Shown: positions 42,601 through 56,490 of the stretch, piece after piece
Layout of the letters: the number at the start of each line of letters is the position of its first letter
Position numbering within the stretch: position 1 is the first letter of the stretch
Assembly (NCBI RefSeq): GCF_009914755.1
Contig: NC_060925.1
Length of the DNA: 64,000 bases
Source: the human T2T-CHM13v2.0 reference genome, Homo sapiens
Strand: one strand, 5' to 3'
Program-made: the position numbers and the translations under genes
Notes under the pieces: generated by a model
What the model saw: only the letters and a program-made list of their open reading frames with translations
What the model was told of the DNA's origin: nothing
Database searches by the model: none

Positions 42601-45600
42601 CCTTTCTTTTGCTGGGTTTGGGTTTGGTTTGTTCTTGTTTCTCTACTTCCTTGAGGTGTGACCTTAGATTATCTATTTGTGCTTTTTTATACTTTCTGAT
42701 GTCGGCATTTAGGGCTATAAAATTTCCTCTTAGCACTGCCTTTGCTGTGTCCCAGATATTTTGATAGGTTGTGTCACTATTGTCTTTCAGTTCAAAGAAT
42801 TTTTTAATTGACATCTTGATTTCATTGTTGACCCAATGATCATTCAGGAGCAGGTTATTTAATCTACATATATTTGCATGGTTTTGAAGGTTCCTTTTGG
42901 CATTGATTTCCAGTTTTATTCCACTGTGGTCTGAAAGAGTACTTGATATAATTTCAGTTTTCTTAAATGTATTGAGACTTGTTTTGTGGCCTATCATATA
43001 GGCTGTCTTGGAGAAAATTCCATGCACTGATGAGTAGAATGTATATTCTGCAGTTGTTGGGTAGAATGCTCTGTAAATATCTAGTAAGTCCATTTGTTCC
43101 AGGGCATAGTTTAAATCGATTGTTTCTTTGTTGACTTTCTGTCTTGATGATCGGTCTAGTGCTATCAGTGGAGGATTGGAGTCCCCCACTATTATTATGT
43201 TGCTGTTCATCTCATTTCTTAGGTCTAGTAGTAATTGTTTTATAAATTTTGGAGCTCCAGACTTAGGTGCATATATAGTTAGGATTGTGATATTTTCCTG
43301 TTGGACAAGGACATTTATCATTATATAATGTCCCTCTCAGTCTTTTTTAACTGCTGTTGCTTTATAGTTTATCTGTTATCATAGAATATCTTTTTCCACC
43401 CATTTACCTTAAGTTTATGTGAGTCCTTATGTGTTAGTTGAGTCTCTTGAAGCAGTGGATAGTTGGTTGATGAATTCTTATCCATTCTGCAATTCTGTGC
43501 CTTTTAAGTGGAGCATTAAGGCCATCTACATTCAATATTGAGCACTGAGATGTTAGGTACTATTCCATTCATTGTGCTATTTGTTGCCTGTATACCTTGT
43601 TTGTTTTTTATTTATTTTTGTTTTATAGGTCCTGTGAGATTTATGCTTTAAAGAGGTTCTGTTTTGATGTGTTTTCAGGATTTGTTTCAAGATTTGGATC
43701 TCCTTTTAGCAGTTCTTGTAATGCTTGTAATGCAGTTCTTGTAATGGTCGCGGTGAATTCTCTCAGTATTTCTCCGAAAAAGACTATCTTTCCTTCATTT
43801 ATGAAGCTTAGTTTTGCTGGATACAAAATTCTTGGCTGATAATTGCTTTGTTTAAGGAGGCTGAAGATAGGGATCCAATCCCTTCTAGATTGTCAGGTTT
43901 CTGCTGAAAAATCTGCTGTTGATCTGATAGGTTTGTCTTTTTTTTTTTTTTTTTTTTTTAGGTTTTATCAAGTTACCTGGTGCTTTTGCCTCACAATTCT
44001 TAAGATTCTTTCCTTTGTCTTAACTTTAGATAACTTGGTGAAATGTGCCTAGGTGATTATCTTTTTGCAATGAATTTCCCAGGTGTTCTTTGAGCTTCTT
44101 GAATTTGGAAGTCCAGGTCTCTAGCAAGGCCAAGGAAGTTTTCCTCGAATGTTCCCTCAAACACGTTTTCCAAACTTTTAGATCTCTCTTCTTCCTCAGG
44201 AACACCAATTATTCTTAGGTTTGGTCATTTAACATAATCCCAAACTTCCCTGATACTTTGCTCATTTTTTCTTATTTTTTTTATTTGTCTTTGTCAGATT
44301 GGGTTAATTTAAAAACCTTGTCTTCGAGCTCTAAAGTTCTTTCTTCTGCATGTTCAATTCTATTGCTGAGACTTTCCAGAACACTTTGCATTTCTCTAAG
44401 TGCATCCATCATTTCCTGAAATTTTGATTGTTTTTATTTATGCTACCTATTTCACTGAAGATTTCTCCCCTCATTTCTTGTATCATTTTTTTGATTTCCT
44501 TAACTTGGACATCATCTTTCTTTGTGCCTTCTTGATTAGCTTAATAACTGACCTTCTGAATTATTTTTCAGGTAAATCAAAGATTTCTTTTTAGTTTGGA
44601 TCCATTGCTGGTGAGCTAGTGTGATTTTTTGGGTGTGTCAAAGAACTGTATTTTGTCATATTACCAGAATTCTTTTTCTGGTTCCTTCTCATTTGGGTAG
44701 GCTATGCCAGAGGGAAGGTCTACGGCTTAAGGCTGCTATTTGGATTCTCTTGTCCCATAGGGTGTTCCCTTGATGTAGTACTCGCACCCTTTTCCTAAGG
44801 ATGTGGCTTCTTGAGAGTGGAGCTGTAGAGATTGTTATCTCTTTTCTGGATCTAGCCACCCAATAGGTCTACCAGGCTCTAGGCTGGTACTGGGGGTTGT
44901 CTGTACAGTCCTGTGATGTGAACCATCTCCAGGTCTCTCAGCCCAGGATACCAGCACCTGCTCTGGCGTAGGTTGCAAGGGGGTGAATTGTACTCTGTGA
45001 GGGTCCTTAGTTTTGGTTGTTTAATGCACTATTTTTGTGCTGGTTGGCCTCCTGCCAGGAGGTGGCGCTTTCAAGAGCCATCTGTTGTGGTAGTGTAGGG
45101 ATGATCAGGCAGTGTGTTGGGGCCCTAGAACTCCAAAGAGTATATGCCCTTTGTCTTCAGCCACCAGGGTGGGTAGGGAAGGACCCTCAGATGGAGGCAG
45201 GGCTAGGCATGTCTGAACTCAGACTCTCCTTGGGTGGGTCTTTTTTGCTGCAGCTGCTGTGGGGATGAGGATGTGGTTCCCAGCTCAATGGACTTATGAT
45301 CCCAGGAGGATTGTGGCTGCCTTTGCCATGTCATGCAGGTTGTCAGGGAAGTGGGGGAAAGCCAGAAGTCACAGGCTTCATCCAGCTTCCACACAACCCC
45401 AGAGGCCAGCCTCACTCCCACCATGCCCCCACCAAGAGGGCTGAGTCTGTTTCCAGGCAGTGGGTGAGCAGGGCTGAGGATTTCACCAGCCTCCCAGCTG
45501 TGAAAGGAAGCAGGCCTTTTGTGCCTCCCTGCGTGTGGAGTCAGCACACCAGATTCACCCCCTCCCCGAGTTCTGGCCAGGAGACTTAGCATTCAGTTGG

Positions 45601-45763
45601 AATTGTTACAAAGTTCAGTTCGGTTGGAGGTGTCCTTCTCCCTGTGGTCTTTTCCCCATACCTCTGGCAGCCATCCCCAAGGACCCCTATAAGGCAAGGC
45701 AGAAATGACTTCCCAGAGGACCCAGAGAGCCCACAGGGCTTTTCCTGCTGCTTCCTCTACCTC
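39635..45763 (-). mobile_element. Near full-length decayed L1PB (L1PB1/L1PBa-like)
   Basis: ORF2 remnants on the minus strand: 42539-43321 (endonuclease), 41594-41872, 41962-42156, 40559-40804. ORF1 remnant YPAKLSFINEGKI at 43641-43826. GC-richer 5' UTR ~44700-45760; L1PB-type 3' end. Confidence 0.92.
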
Positions 45764-48284
45764 TTGATTTCTTAAGTATTTTTTTGTTATTCCTATTTTA
45801 AGCAGTATTTTTCTTTTAATAGCTTGAGTAGAAATGAATTTGATTGCTTTGTATCAACCTTACAGTCAGTAAATTTGCTATTTGAATAATTTTAGTAATT
45901 TGTAAGTCTTATGGCATTTGTCTTTGAAATGTCCTCACATCTGTCCCATCCTTCTGCCTAACTAGCTTGCACACTACCTGGTACTCCCTTTCACTAGGCC
46001 CTCATTCACATCAGCCCTGCATTTCCAGAAGAGCTTCTCAAATCTATTCATTGTCTAGTAATTTACCAAACTCTAATTTAGTCTTAAAGAGCATTTCTTA
46101 GTGAATGGAAATGGGCCTGGTTCCTAGATAAAAATAAAAGTGTTCAAAATCTAAGATCCGTATCTTATTCGATTTTCCTGCCTTTCATTTAAATTCCTCT
46201 AAAAAAATTTCATACTATATATTTATAATCTCAATTTCCAACCTGCTATCTTCCATTGCTGTCCAACAACCATCCTTTGCTATCTTCCTCCCTTTACTCC
46301 AACCTGCTACATATCTCTCTAAATATTTCTGTTGTAAGCATTAGTCTCTGCTTTCTAAAGTTTTTCTTATTACCCATATCAAAAACTCCTCTCACCCTCA
46401 AAACAGTAGTTAAGCCCCTCTTCTATTTGAAGATCTTCTGTGTTCCAATCCACTTTGATAGCTCACTGCCCTTAGTAATTACTCTTTGCATTTTTATATT
46501 GTTAGATTGGTTTTTTTTATGTTTTTACTTTTCATCTGTCAATGATAATTTACTGAATGTCTCACATGTGTCAGGCACTGTGTCCCGCAGCAAAGCCTCT
46601 TTCATAGGTTGCAAATATGTCACTAAGTATCTCAAAAATAGCCTAAAGTTAACCTCAGCAATTATAGCTGTTCAATCAATATCTCTTTATTAATTTCCCT
46701 TTTTACACAATTTCTTTCAGAGCAATTCTGCACATGATAAACATTTAATGTACATATTTGTTTAATACAAATTAATGAATACATTTTATTAAGAAAATAA
46801 GACATTCTCCTGAAGGCAAAGCGAGTTGTATTTTTTCCAATGTAACTTGGGAAGTTCTGGTGGCTATGACAGGATTTCTTTGGGGAAAAAAAAGTATATG
46901 ATGTGCTGCAAATTCCAGAATCCTGATATATATTTTCCCTGGTTTGCCTAATTTCTATTAAAATAAACTGTCTTATTCCAAATCAACTTAACATAATTTA
47001 GGATAAATCACTGTAACTTTGTTTGATGTTAGCATTAAGTGGCCTATGTTATCACTTCATTATAAGGTATCTTGTGGATTTCTCTCTCCAAGTTTTATCA
47101 AGAAGGAGGATATAAGCCTGCGATTGTCAAACACCTTGTCTGTAAAAGAATTTTTTAATTTTGCATTTTACAGAGAACCATTTAGAAAGTACAAGTTCTA
47201 CAACCCAACTATTTACTCAAGAAACAATTAATTAGCTTTCAATGACCTTCATTAATGATCGTAGTATTTCTAATTTCACCTACTGTTTAACCTTTTGAAT
47301 TTCAGTCAAGACAAACAGCTCCACATGATACAACACTTAATCAGAATGAATGCCTCAAATGGAAAAAGACTTTTGTAATCTCAAGTATTAACATTAATAA
47401 TACAATTGAATGACAAATATTTGCACAAATAAAGGAACAATAATCTATATTTTCTGTCCATTTTATTTCTGGGAAGTAGTGGATGCCAAGAATGTATGAT
47501 TCTAATTATAGATTCCATCATTCCAGAAAATATGGATATAGATAATTAAGCTCCATAGAAATACTCTTACATGTATTGAAAACTTATAAATAATTAGTTT
47601 ATACTCTCTTAATAGCTTCCTATGAGCTACATTTATTTCTATAGTAATGGCTATGATATTTCATCATATTTTTAGCCAGTGATATAATTTCTTTTACTAT
47701 GACAATAGTGAATTTTTTCTGCCATTATCCCTGCACATTTTAAAAACCTTTCTAAAACCGATATGAAAGCTTCAATAAAGCCTTTTTTTTCCCTTTATTT
47801 TATATTTTCCAGAAAGGTAAATAATGACTTTCAAATAATTTTTAAAAATTCTTTTTAAGGTTTCTTTTAAAATTTAAAAGGATTTCCTTTTTCCTTTTTA
47901 GTTTTTTTGTTTTAAAGACTCATTTAAAATGACTTTATAATATCACCACAGGGACAATAATGCTAAAATAACAGAGCTAGACTCTTCTTCTTCCACTTTG
48001 TGAATAATGGAGGGATCAAAGTCATTCATACCCAGATTTCCTTTCCTAAGCTATACAACGTTACAAAACAAACTAAACACTGAGATTACTTGTCTTATTA
48101 TCTTATTTAAGTAAAAGGCTATTACTCATTGTGACTAGAATTGTAACAATTAGACTTATTCTCTGAATGCATTAAAATAAATTTCTATAATTAAAACAAG
48201 TATACTATTTCTATAGCAAATGTGGAAAGTATGCCTCTATCTTCACTTAAATTCAGAATAATTTTAGTAACCCCTATTTAAATA

Positions 48285-48637
48285 AATGCAGGTTAATAAA
48301 TCAAAATACCATTAACTGGGTAGCTTGTAAACAACAGAAATTCTTTTGTTACAGTTCTAGACACTGAGAAGTTCAAGATCAAAATACTAGCAGATTCAGT
48401 GTCTGGCAAGGACTCAGTTTCTTATAGATAGCCCCTTCTCACTGAGTTCTCACATGGGGGAAGAGGCAAAGCAGATCCCTGGGGACACTTTGGGCAACTA
48501 ATCCCCTTCATGAGGGGTTTACCCAAAAACCTTACTTCTGATTACCTTTCAAAGACTTCACCTTCCCATTACAAAGATGCTGGGGATTAGGATCCTCATA
48601 TAAATTTAGGGGGGATATAAACTTTCAAATCGTATCA
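48285..48637 (-). mobile_element. MLT1A-type MaLR LTR
   Basis: AAAATACCATTAACTGGGTAGCTTGTAAACAACAGAAA...ACTAATCCCCTTCATGAGGG; homologous to the 26796 copy. Confidence 0.8.
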
Positions 48638-48773
48638 ACCCTATCCTTGCTTTTTTAGCACTTCAGAAAGCAGTAATATTAAGGCACATTTTCCATAGGT
48701 GCAGAATCTCCATTATATGATTATATATATGTGTGTGTGTACATATATATATTTACATTTACTTCTGTCAAAG

Positions 48774-48989
48774 TTTTTTTTTAATACTTTAAGTTTTAGG
48801 GTACATGTGCACCATGTGCAGGTTTGTTACATATGTATACATGCGCCATGTTGGTGTGCTGCACCCATTAACGCGTCATTTACATTAGGCATATCTCCTA
48901 ATGCTATCCCTCCCCGCTCCCCCCACCCCACAACAGGCCCCGGTGTGTGATGTTCCCCTTCCTGTGAACAATGAGTACACATGGACACA
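48774..48989 (-). mobile_element. Short L1PA (L1PA4-like) 3' fragment with a 24-bp 5' inversion
   Basis: Antisense L1PA 3' UTR (TTTAAGTTTTAGGGTACATGTGCAC...TTCCCCTTCCTGTG) followed by the adjacent L1 segment in sense orientation. Confidence 0.9.
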
Positions 48990-50102
48990 CGATAAAGCCT
49001 TTTTGAGAAATGCTGACAGAAACAAAGTTAGAACAAATGTGAAACAAAAAGTTTCATCAGAGATTTTAGTATCTTAACATGCCTTACAAAAGTTCGGGAG
49101 GGGCAATAATATGTATGAAACTTCCTAAAAATCTTTAACCATGGAACCCTTCTTTTTTCAACTTTCCCATAGGACTGAAGACATGTTTTGAAATACATTG
49201 GTAGAGTGAAAATGATTCATTAAGATTACATTTGAATCCCAATTTCTCTCAGTTCTGCCTCTGTTCGTTTTTGTGTTTTTTTTTTTTTTTTTGCCTTGAT
49301 ATCATCATATGTAAGCAGGAAGTATTATTGACCTAATGGGGCATTGTATAAATGCAATAAGCGATTTCAATTGACTTAATTCAACAAACGTTTACCTAGG
49401 TTCTAGTAAATGATCAGTATTTAGTTAGGAGCTGGAGATAAAGAAACTAATAAAACATAACCCCTGACCTCAAAGAGTTATTGTTTTAAAATTCATCGGC
49501 CATTTGCTGCCGTGGGAATTTTCTCTGGCCACATTCTTCTTTGGTTCCCATTTACTACACGTTTTCTTTGCATTTTTCACTCTTCTCTGGCCGTCAGCTG
49601 CAGACTGTTATAGTCCTAACCAGAGTAATTTAACCTTCCATTTCCCCAAACCAGCTATCCTTGAAAGTCCAAAAACTCATAGATGGCAAACAATAAGCCA
49701 TATATGCTGGATATCTGTCCTTACAAATACAAAAACAATAAAATGATTGAAATGAAAGATTTTTCTTGAACACACACCAGATCAAATTCTTAACACTTCT
49801 CTCATCCAGACGTCTCATTCACGAGAGAAACAACGGAAACATATAGTGTCCTGAGGGCTCTGTGGTCATCAAGAAAGGTGATTGTTATTATTATTAATTG
49901 TGTACACTTTCATTTATTCTTATACAAAATGAAATCTTCAACCAAATACTACACATACAGAGGTTAGACCTCTTATCTCTAATAATCAGCATTTGTTGCC
50001 ATCACTATTGGGAGTACACTCAATTGAAGAAAGGAAAGAAAGGTAGGCATATAACCGTGAATGAACAAAACAAACATGTTCTTATGAACATTGAATGTTT
50101 CT

Positions 50103-50478
<376 letters not shown>

Positions 50479-50955
50479 TTATTCCAATTCAAAATAAATT
50501 TTTGACTACTACATCAAAAAAGAGGCAGTTAAAAATATACAAAAATGAAAACACAACCTCAATTTAAATTTTGCTGAAGCAATAATCTCAACTTTTAAAA
50601 TACAAGCTTAAATTTTATACTGATAAATAGTTAACTATTTATTGAAGCAATGCTCTCTGTTTAGAATTGTCAAATGATTTTTCTATTTTGTTTGCTTTGT
50701 ATGTGAGAAAAAACCTTAGATTAGAAGCTTGAAGGTACAGATTACAATCTGCAGAATGTAAACAGAGTAAATTCTGCAAAAAACAGCTCAAAGTAGAATG
50801 CCAGATTCTCTGGAGCACTTGGAAAATTCTGACTACCTCAAGTAATTCCAGAGGATTCTTCCTTACTAAGTTCACTTGAATTTTTCATAGAAGACATTCA
50901 TCTACCTGGTCAGAACACGAGCCCATAATTTCTGAAAAAGCATTATTAGTGTTTT

Positions 50956-51029
50956 GTAGATATCCAGAAATATTCATATTTACAAATATTTACAAATATC
51001 CAGAAATATGAATATTTCTGGATATCTAC
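50956..51029. repeat. Perfect 26-bp inverted repeat with a 22-nt spacer
   Basis: GTAGATATCCAGAAATATTCATATTT (50956-50981) and its exact reverse complement (51004-51029). Confidence 0.95.
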
Positions 51030-51093
51030 TCTCTCTTGCTTCACACACCCAATGTTGTGTTATTCTGTTTTGTGATTCCAGAATGAGATTAGA

Positions 51094-51104
51094 TAATCTA
51101 ATCA
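51094..51104 (+). promoter_or_regulatory. Perfect DUX4 consensus motif TAATCTAATCA (binding not shown)
   Basis: Exact 11-mer, 80 bp upstream of a THE1 LTR. Confidence 0.4.
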
Positions 51105-51183
51105 GGCATCATGTAAAAATTAAAGATTAATAGGGTCCCCTTTTCTTCCAACCTTATATCTTGGTGTAATGCTGATTGCCTCT

Positions 51184-51541
51184 TGATATGCTTGGCTGTG
51201 TGTCCCCATCCAGATCTCATCTTGAACTGGAATCCCCACATGTCAAGGGAGGGAGGTGATTGAATCATGGGTGTTGTTTTCCCCATGCTGTCCTTGTGAT
51301 AGTGAGTGAGTTCCCATAAGGTCTGCTGGTTTTCTAAGTGTTTGGCAGTTCCTCCTTCACATGCTCACACTATCTCTTGCTGCCTTGTGAAGAAGGTGCC
51401 TGGTTCGCCTTCCACCATGATTGTAAGTTTCCTGAGGCTTCCCCAGCCATGTGGAACTGTGAGTCAATTGAATCTCCTTTGTTTATAAATTACCCGGTCT
51501 CAGATAATGTCTTCATAGCAGTGAGAAAATGGGCTAATATA
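51184..51541 (+). mobile_element. Solo THE1 (THE1D-like) MaLR LTR
   Basis: TGATATGCTTGGCTGTGTGTCCCC start, ...GGGCTAATATA end, 5-bp TSD CCTCT (51179-51183 / 51542-51546). Confidence 0.9.
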
Positions 51542-51640
51542 CCTCTTATTAACATACATAATATACCTCTTATTAACATACATAAGATAATATACCTCTT
51601 ATTAATATACATAAGACAACCTCTTATCTACATAAGATAC
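51535..51640. repeat. 24-bp minisatellite, 3-4 copies
   Basis: TAATATACCTCTTATTAACATACA: two exact copies plus diverged ones. Confidence 0.85.
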
Positions 51641-54600
51641 TACTGACAAATAAGACAGTTTTCAGGGTTTATCTTTCTTTGATAGAGAGGAGAGTTTAGA
51701 AAAGTAAATGTAATAAAGATCATGGGTAAACACATTCTGATATGTTACATAGGTATGATGTAGAGTTACCAGAACAGTTCACAAATATTATCAAATACTT
51801 TTCTTGATTATTTTTTGTGCCCAAGAAAACATCATAGTCATTTTCTTTAAAATTACTTTATCTTCTTCTAGGGAACCTTTTATTTTTTTTAACTGTACAA
51901 TCACCAAAATAAAATTTCTAGATTTAGGTTCTTACTGATGAGATTAGTAAAATGGCTAAAGCTTTACGTACATTTACCCTAAGAGGGTACTATATCTTTT
52001 TCCAAAGAAAGAGGACCTGCCTGCCTAATAATTATACCCATGTTTCAGAGGCAGCTAAACAGAAGAAGGAAATGAGTGTTCCATCCCTGCACCCTCCCTC
52101 AGGGCAGTGAGAGAGTCGAAGGTCAGTTTTCTTCTTGATGGTCCCTTCTCAAAACTTGCCTTGAACTTTGAATTATGACGTGTGTTAACTATCACTTCTG
52201 CCTCCAAAGTACTTCAGGTCAGTAGTCTGTTAAGATACTGCTTGCTATTAGACTATGAATTTAAACATAACAATACATTCCACAAATGATAATATTCTGT
52301 CACTTTTGTATACCCTTTATGTGCTTATCAACAATTGTAAAAACTGAACACATAATGCATATATCTAGTTCTTCATCTTTTTTGGGGGGAGTGAAGTCTT
52401 TTCAGCACACATAGATGAAAAATGACGTAAGGGAAAACTCCACTCACTTCTTTTGTGTATGCAGGATCCAAAAGTAAACTATAATCCCCATTCCAGGCTG
52501 CAGTGTATATTTTACTCATGTGTCTAGATAAGTGCACTGTATATGTTATCCCATATAACACAGAAAATATATCACTGCAAAGCTTTAAAAAGTCATTCTG
52601 TCATTTTGAATCAAAAGTTGGGGGAGCAGATGGGTAACTAGCTTGGAGGAGAGAGACGGGGTTACTATTGGCCAAATGCAAGAGGAAGTATGAGAGTCTA
52701 ATGATGAGGGCATTCTACTGCTAAGCATGTACAAAATTTAGTTTTGGTAATAACTTTTCTACTCGGCGTGCATTTTATAGCTTGGGGTTATCTGCTGACA
52801 ATGTAAGAATTGAACATCAAGTGGAAGCTCTAAGGAATCAGAGTGGATATTTTGAAAGTTGCTAACAGAAGTAAATATAATTTTGAGTAAGAACATAGGT
52901 GTTTATCCAGCACAGAGAGCGCATGATGTGTTGGATTGGAAGTTACCCTCTGTATTATCAAGGCTGTCCTCAGTAGTTTCTATCTGTACAGTGTTTGACA
53001 TCAAGATTACCATGTGTTCTTCACAGCCAGCTAGTGAGTAGGTTAATAATTTTTGTGCTGTTGTATAAATGGTCCAACTGAAACAGATAGGTTCTACAAA
53101 CCTTGGAACAAATACAGAATGGAGTGTGTTATTTAAAATATGTCAAAAGCTATATGAGAAGCTATATTATTATAAGTATATAAAGTACCAAATAAGGTTA
53201 AGTAGATATCCTCTTAATTTTGAGGTTCCGTTTAATCAAGATGGAAATTCAATCAGTAATAGAATGTCGGCGTTTAAGATTTTTTTTTTGGATTAATTTA
53301 ACTAAAGTAGTTGTGTAAGCTCCATAAATTAAATTTATGATGATGTGGGTCAAATGAAAATATGTGACTTTACGGTAAAGCTGTAATCATAAAAAGGTGA
53401 ACATTGCCTATGTTGTCTTCCAACTGAAATAAATTGGTTACCTAAAAATCTCTTCCCAATCCTTCTGACTTCAGCTCAGTCATATAAGAGCTCAGAAAGC
53501 AACAACTCCATTTTTACAATAAGAAAAAAAAGATTAACTTAAAAAATCAATGACTTTTTAAGACTCATCTGAGAATTAAGGTCACATGGCAAACTGCTAC
53601 CCCAAATTCTGTAGACAAATGAATGTAGACAATCACAGCACAGAGCAACTGACTTGGAGCAGAAACCACTGCACCCAGACACTGGCAGGAACACTCGCCT
53701 TGTAATTTTGATATTTATTTCCTGAGGCTGAGTGTGGATTAGATTGAGAAAGAAAAACCCTGGATGGTTTCCATCTTATGGGGACCCCACACTTTTATAA
53801 ATTTTACCTCCAGGAATTCTACAATATTCTCATGGTAAAGAGTTAAAAAAAAAAAAATCCCTTCTTGGCTCTGGCAGGAGGAGGTGAAAGTGGCCATCTG
53901 GAAATACACATTCCATAATGAAGGCCTGCTCTCCAGAGGAAGGGCTATTACCCAACTCCAGGCCACTCTAGAGTCACCTAGTGTGAGAAAATCAGGGAGA
54001 AAAGTGTTAAATATACTTGTAAAGGTCATACACCAGGCCCGAAGCCTACTAAAAGACAGATTTAATCCTAAAATTACTTAACACTTAAAGCTCCTTCACC
54101 TCATCCTTTCCTTACCACTACACCAACTAGCTCCAGTCTGATACCAGTGGATACAGATGAAAGAACTGTAAGACACAGACTCCAAGAAGTTCTTGGGGGA
54201 AACTCAAAGACAACAGGAGAGACAAAAACAAGGACACTAGAGGAATTTGCAGATCCTAGAACCTACAGCTATTGGAAATACTATGCATAGCCAAGCTCCT
54301 ACCCCAACAAACTTAAAAACTCACATTGAAAGCCTATTTTACCCTATTCCTGTAACTCAGTATGTCACGTCCAACTTCCAAAAAAATTACAAGGATAGGC
54401 TAACAGGGAAGAGAAAACACAATCTGATGAGACAAAGCAAACCTCAGAATCAGACTCAAATATAATACCAAATTTGGAATTATCGAATAAGGATTTAAGA
54501 GAACTATAATTAATATAATAAAAATTCTAATAGAAAAAGCAGAACAAATGGATAATATAAGCAGAAAGAATGAAACATTAAGAAAGAATCAAAAGGAAAT

Positions 54601-56490
54601 GCTGGAAATACAAAACACAGTTACAAATGAAGAATGTCTTTGGATGGACCTATCAGGAAAATACGTGAGCTTGAAGCAATGTCAACAAAAATTTCACAAG
54701 CTGAAATAGAAAGAGAAAAACATAATGAATCAATAGAGGATCCAAGAACTGCGAGACAATTTCCAAAGGTCTAATATACCTTTAGAAATTGGAATACCAG
54801 AGGGAAAAGAAAGAATAGAGCACAAGGAATATTTGAAGTAATAATGGCTGAAAACTTTCAAAAGTTAATGACATACACTAATTCACAGACTCAGGAAGTT
54901 CAGACAACACCACACAGAATAATTCCCCCCCAAAAATCTACAATTAGGCATGCCATATCCTACTGTGGAAGCCCAACATTGTATTCATTGTATTTCATTT
55001 GAAATACAATGAAAAAAAGAGAGAAAAAAATGCCTTACTAACAAAGAAAAGAGATGAGAAATATTGTCTACTCATGAGAAACCACGCAAACAAGGAGCTA
55101 ATTTAAAAAAAAAACAAACAAACCTAGAATTCTAAAACCAGCAAAATTATCCTTCAAAAGTGAAAGAGAAATACCTCTTGGAAAAACAAAAAGTAAGAAA
55201 TTCATTGTAAGCAAACCAGCCCTGTAAGATGTTAAAGAAGTTCTGCAAGAAGGAAAGTGATATGGGTCATAAGCTTAGATCTACACAAATAAAGAAAAAT
55301 ATTTAGGAAAAGAATTACGGAAGGTAAATAATTTACTTTTTAAATTATCATTTGATATAGTAGATAACTGTTCAAAGTAATCATGGTACTAATGCATTAT
55401 GTAATTATAGTATGTGATAAGTGAAATGACTCCTAAGAATAACATAAGAAATAGAGGGAAGAATTGAAAATACTATGTTTTAAGTTATCTGTACAACCCA
55501 TGAAGTGGTATAGTGGTATTTGAATGTGAAGTTGGATTAGTTAATAGTATACTGCAAGATGTAGGGCAAAATACAATAAAATAATACGCAAAGAGAAGAG
55601 AGAAAATAGAATCATAAAGTGCTCATACAGATACCCTTTGGAAGACAGTTTTTCAATTTCTAATAAAATTAAACATAATCTTACCATGTAAGCCAACAAT
55701 TGCACTCTGATATTTTATGAAAACTTAAGGCTTTAGAAAAACCTGCACACAGATGTTTATATAGAACGTTTATTTATAAATTACCAAGACTTGGAAGCAA
55801 CCAAGATGTCCTTCAGTAGGTGAATGGATAAAAAATGAAGTACATGCAGACAATGAAATATTATTCAGCATTAAAATGAAATGAGCTATCAAGCCATGCA
55901 AAGACACAGAAGAAATGTAAAGGCATAAATCTAAGTGAAAGAAGCCATTTTGAAAAATCTACATACTACATGATTCCACCTATATGACATTCTGGAAAAA
56001 AAGTGGTTCCCAAGGGTGAAAGGGGAGGGAAGGATGAATAGGCAGAGCACAGAGGATTTTTAGGTCAGTGAAACTACTCTGTATGATACTGCAATGGTGG
56101 ATACATGTAATTACACATTTATGCAAAGAATGTTCAAACCCAGAAATTAACTCTACTGTAAACTATGGAATTCAGATGATAATGATGTATCAATGTAGGC
56201 TGATCAATTGTAACAAATTTACCACACTGATGGGGTTGATAATGGGGTAGGCTTTGCATCTGGGCACATGGGGTATATGAGAAACATCTGTGCCTGCCTC
56301 TCAATTTTGCTGTGAACATATATCCACTCTACAAACAGGCTTAAACCTGCTCAATTGTGAAAGAAACAAAGAATAACAAATAGAAAAGAAAACATGGTAC
56401 ACACTTGCACATATACACACACATACACACACACATTATACATATATGATGTGCACATGATATAAACAAATACTAAATAGACTGAATATA

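Noticed and set aside
42539-43321. 260-aa ORF, the longest in the window, resembling an APE-like endonuclease
   Set aside because: It is an L1PB ORF2 remnant lacking its N-terminus. The conserved SKIDH motif reads SKTAY, and the rest of ORF2 is broken, so there is no sign of domestication.
32296-45763. Two ~6-kb L1s tail to tail as a possible large inverted repeat or composite element
   Set aside because: They are different subfamilies, highly diverged, with separate boundaries; independent insertions into an older L1ME.
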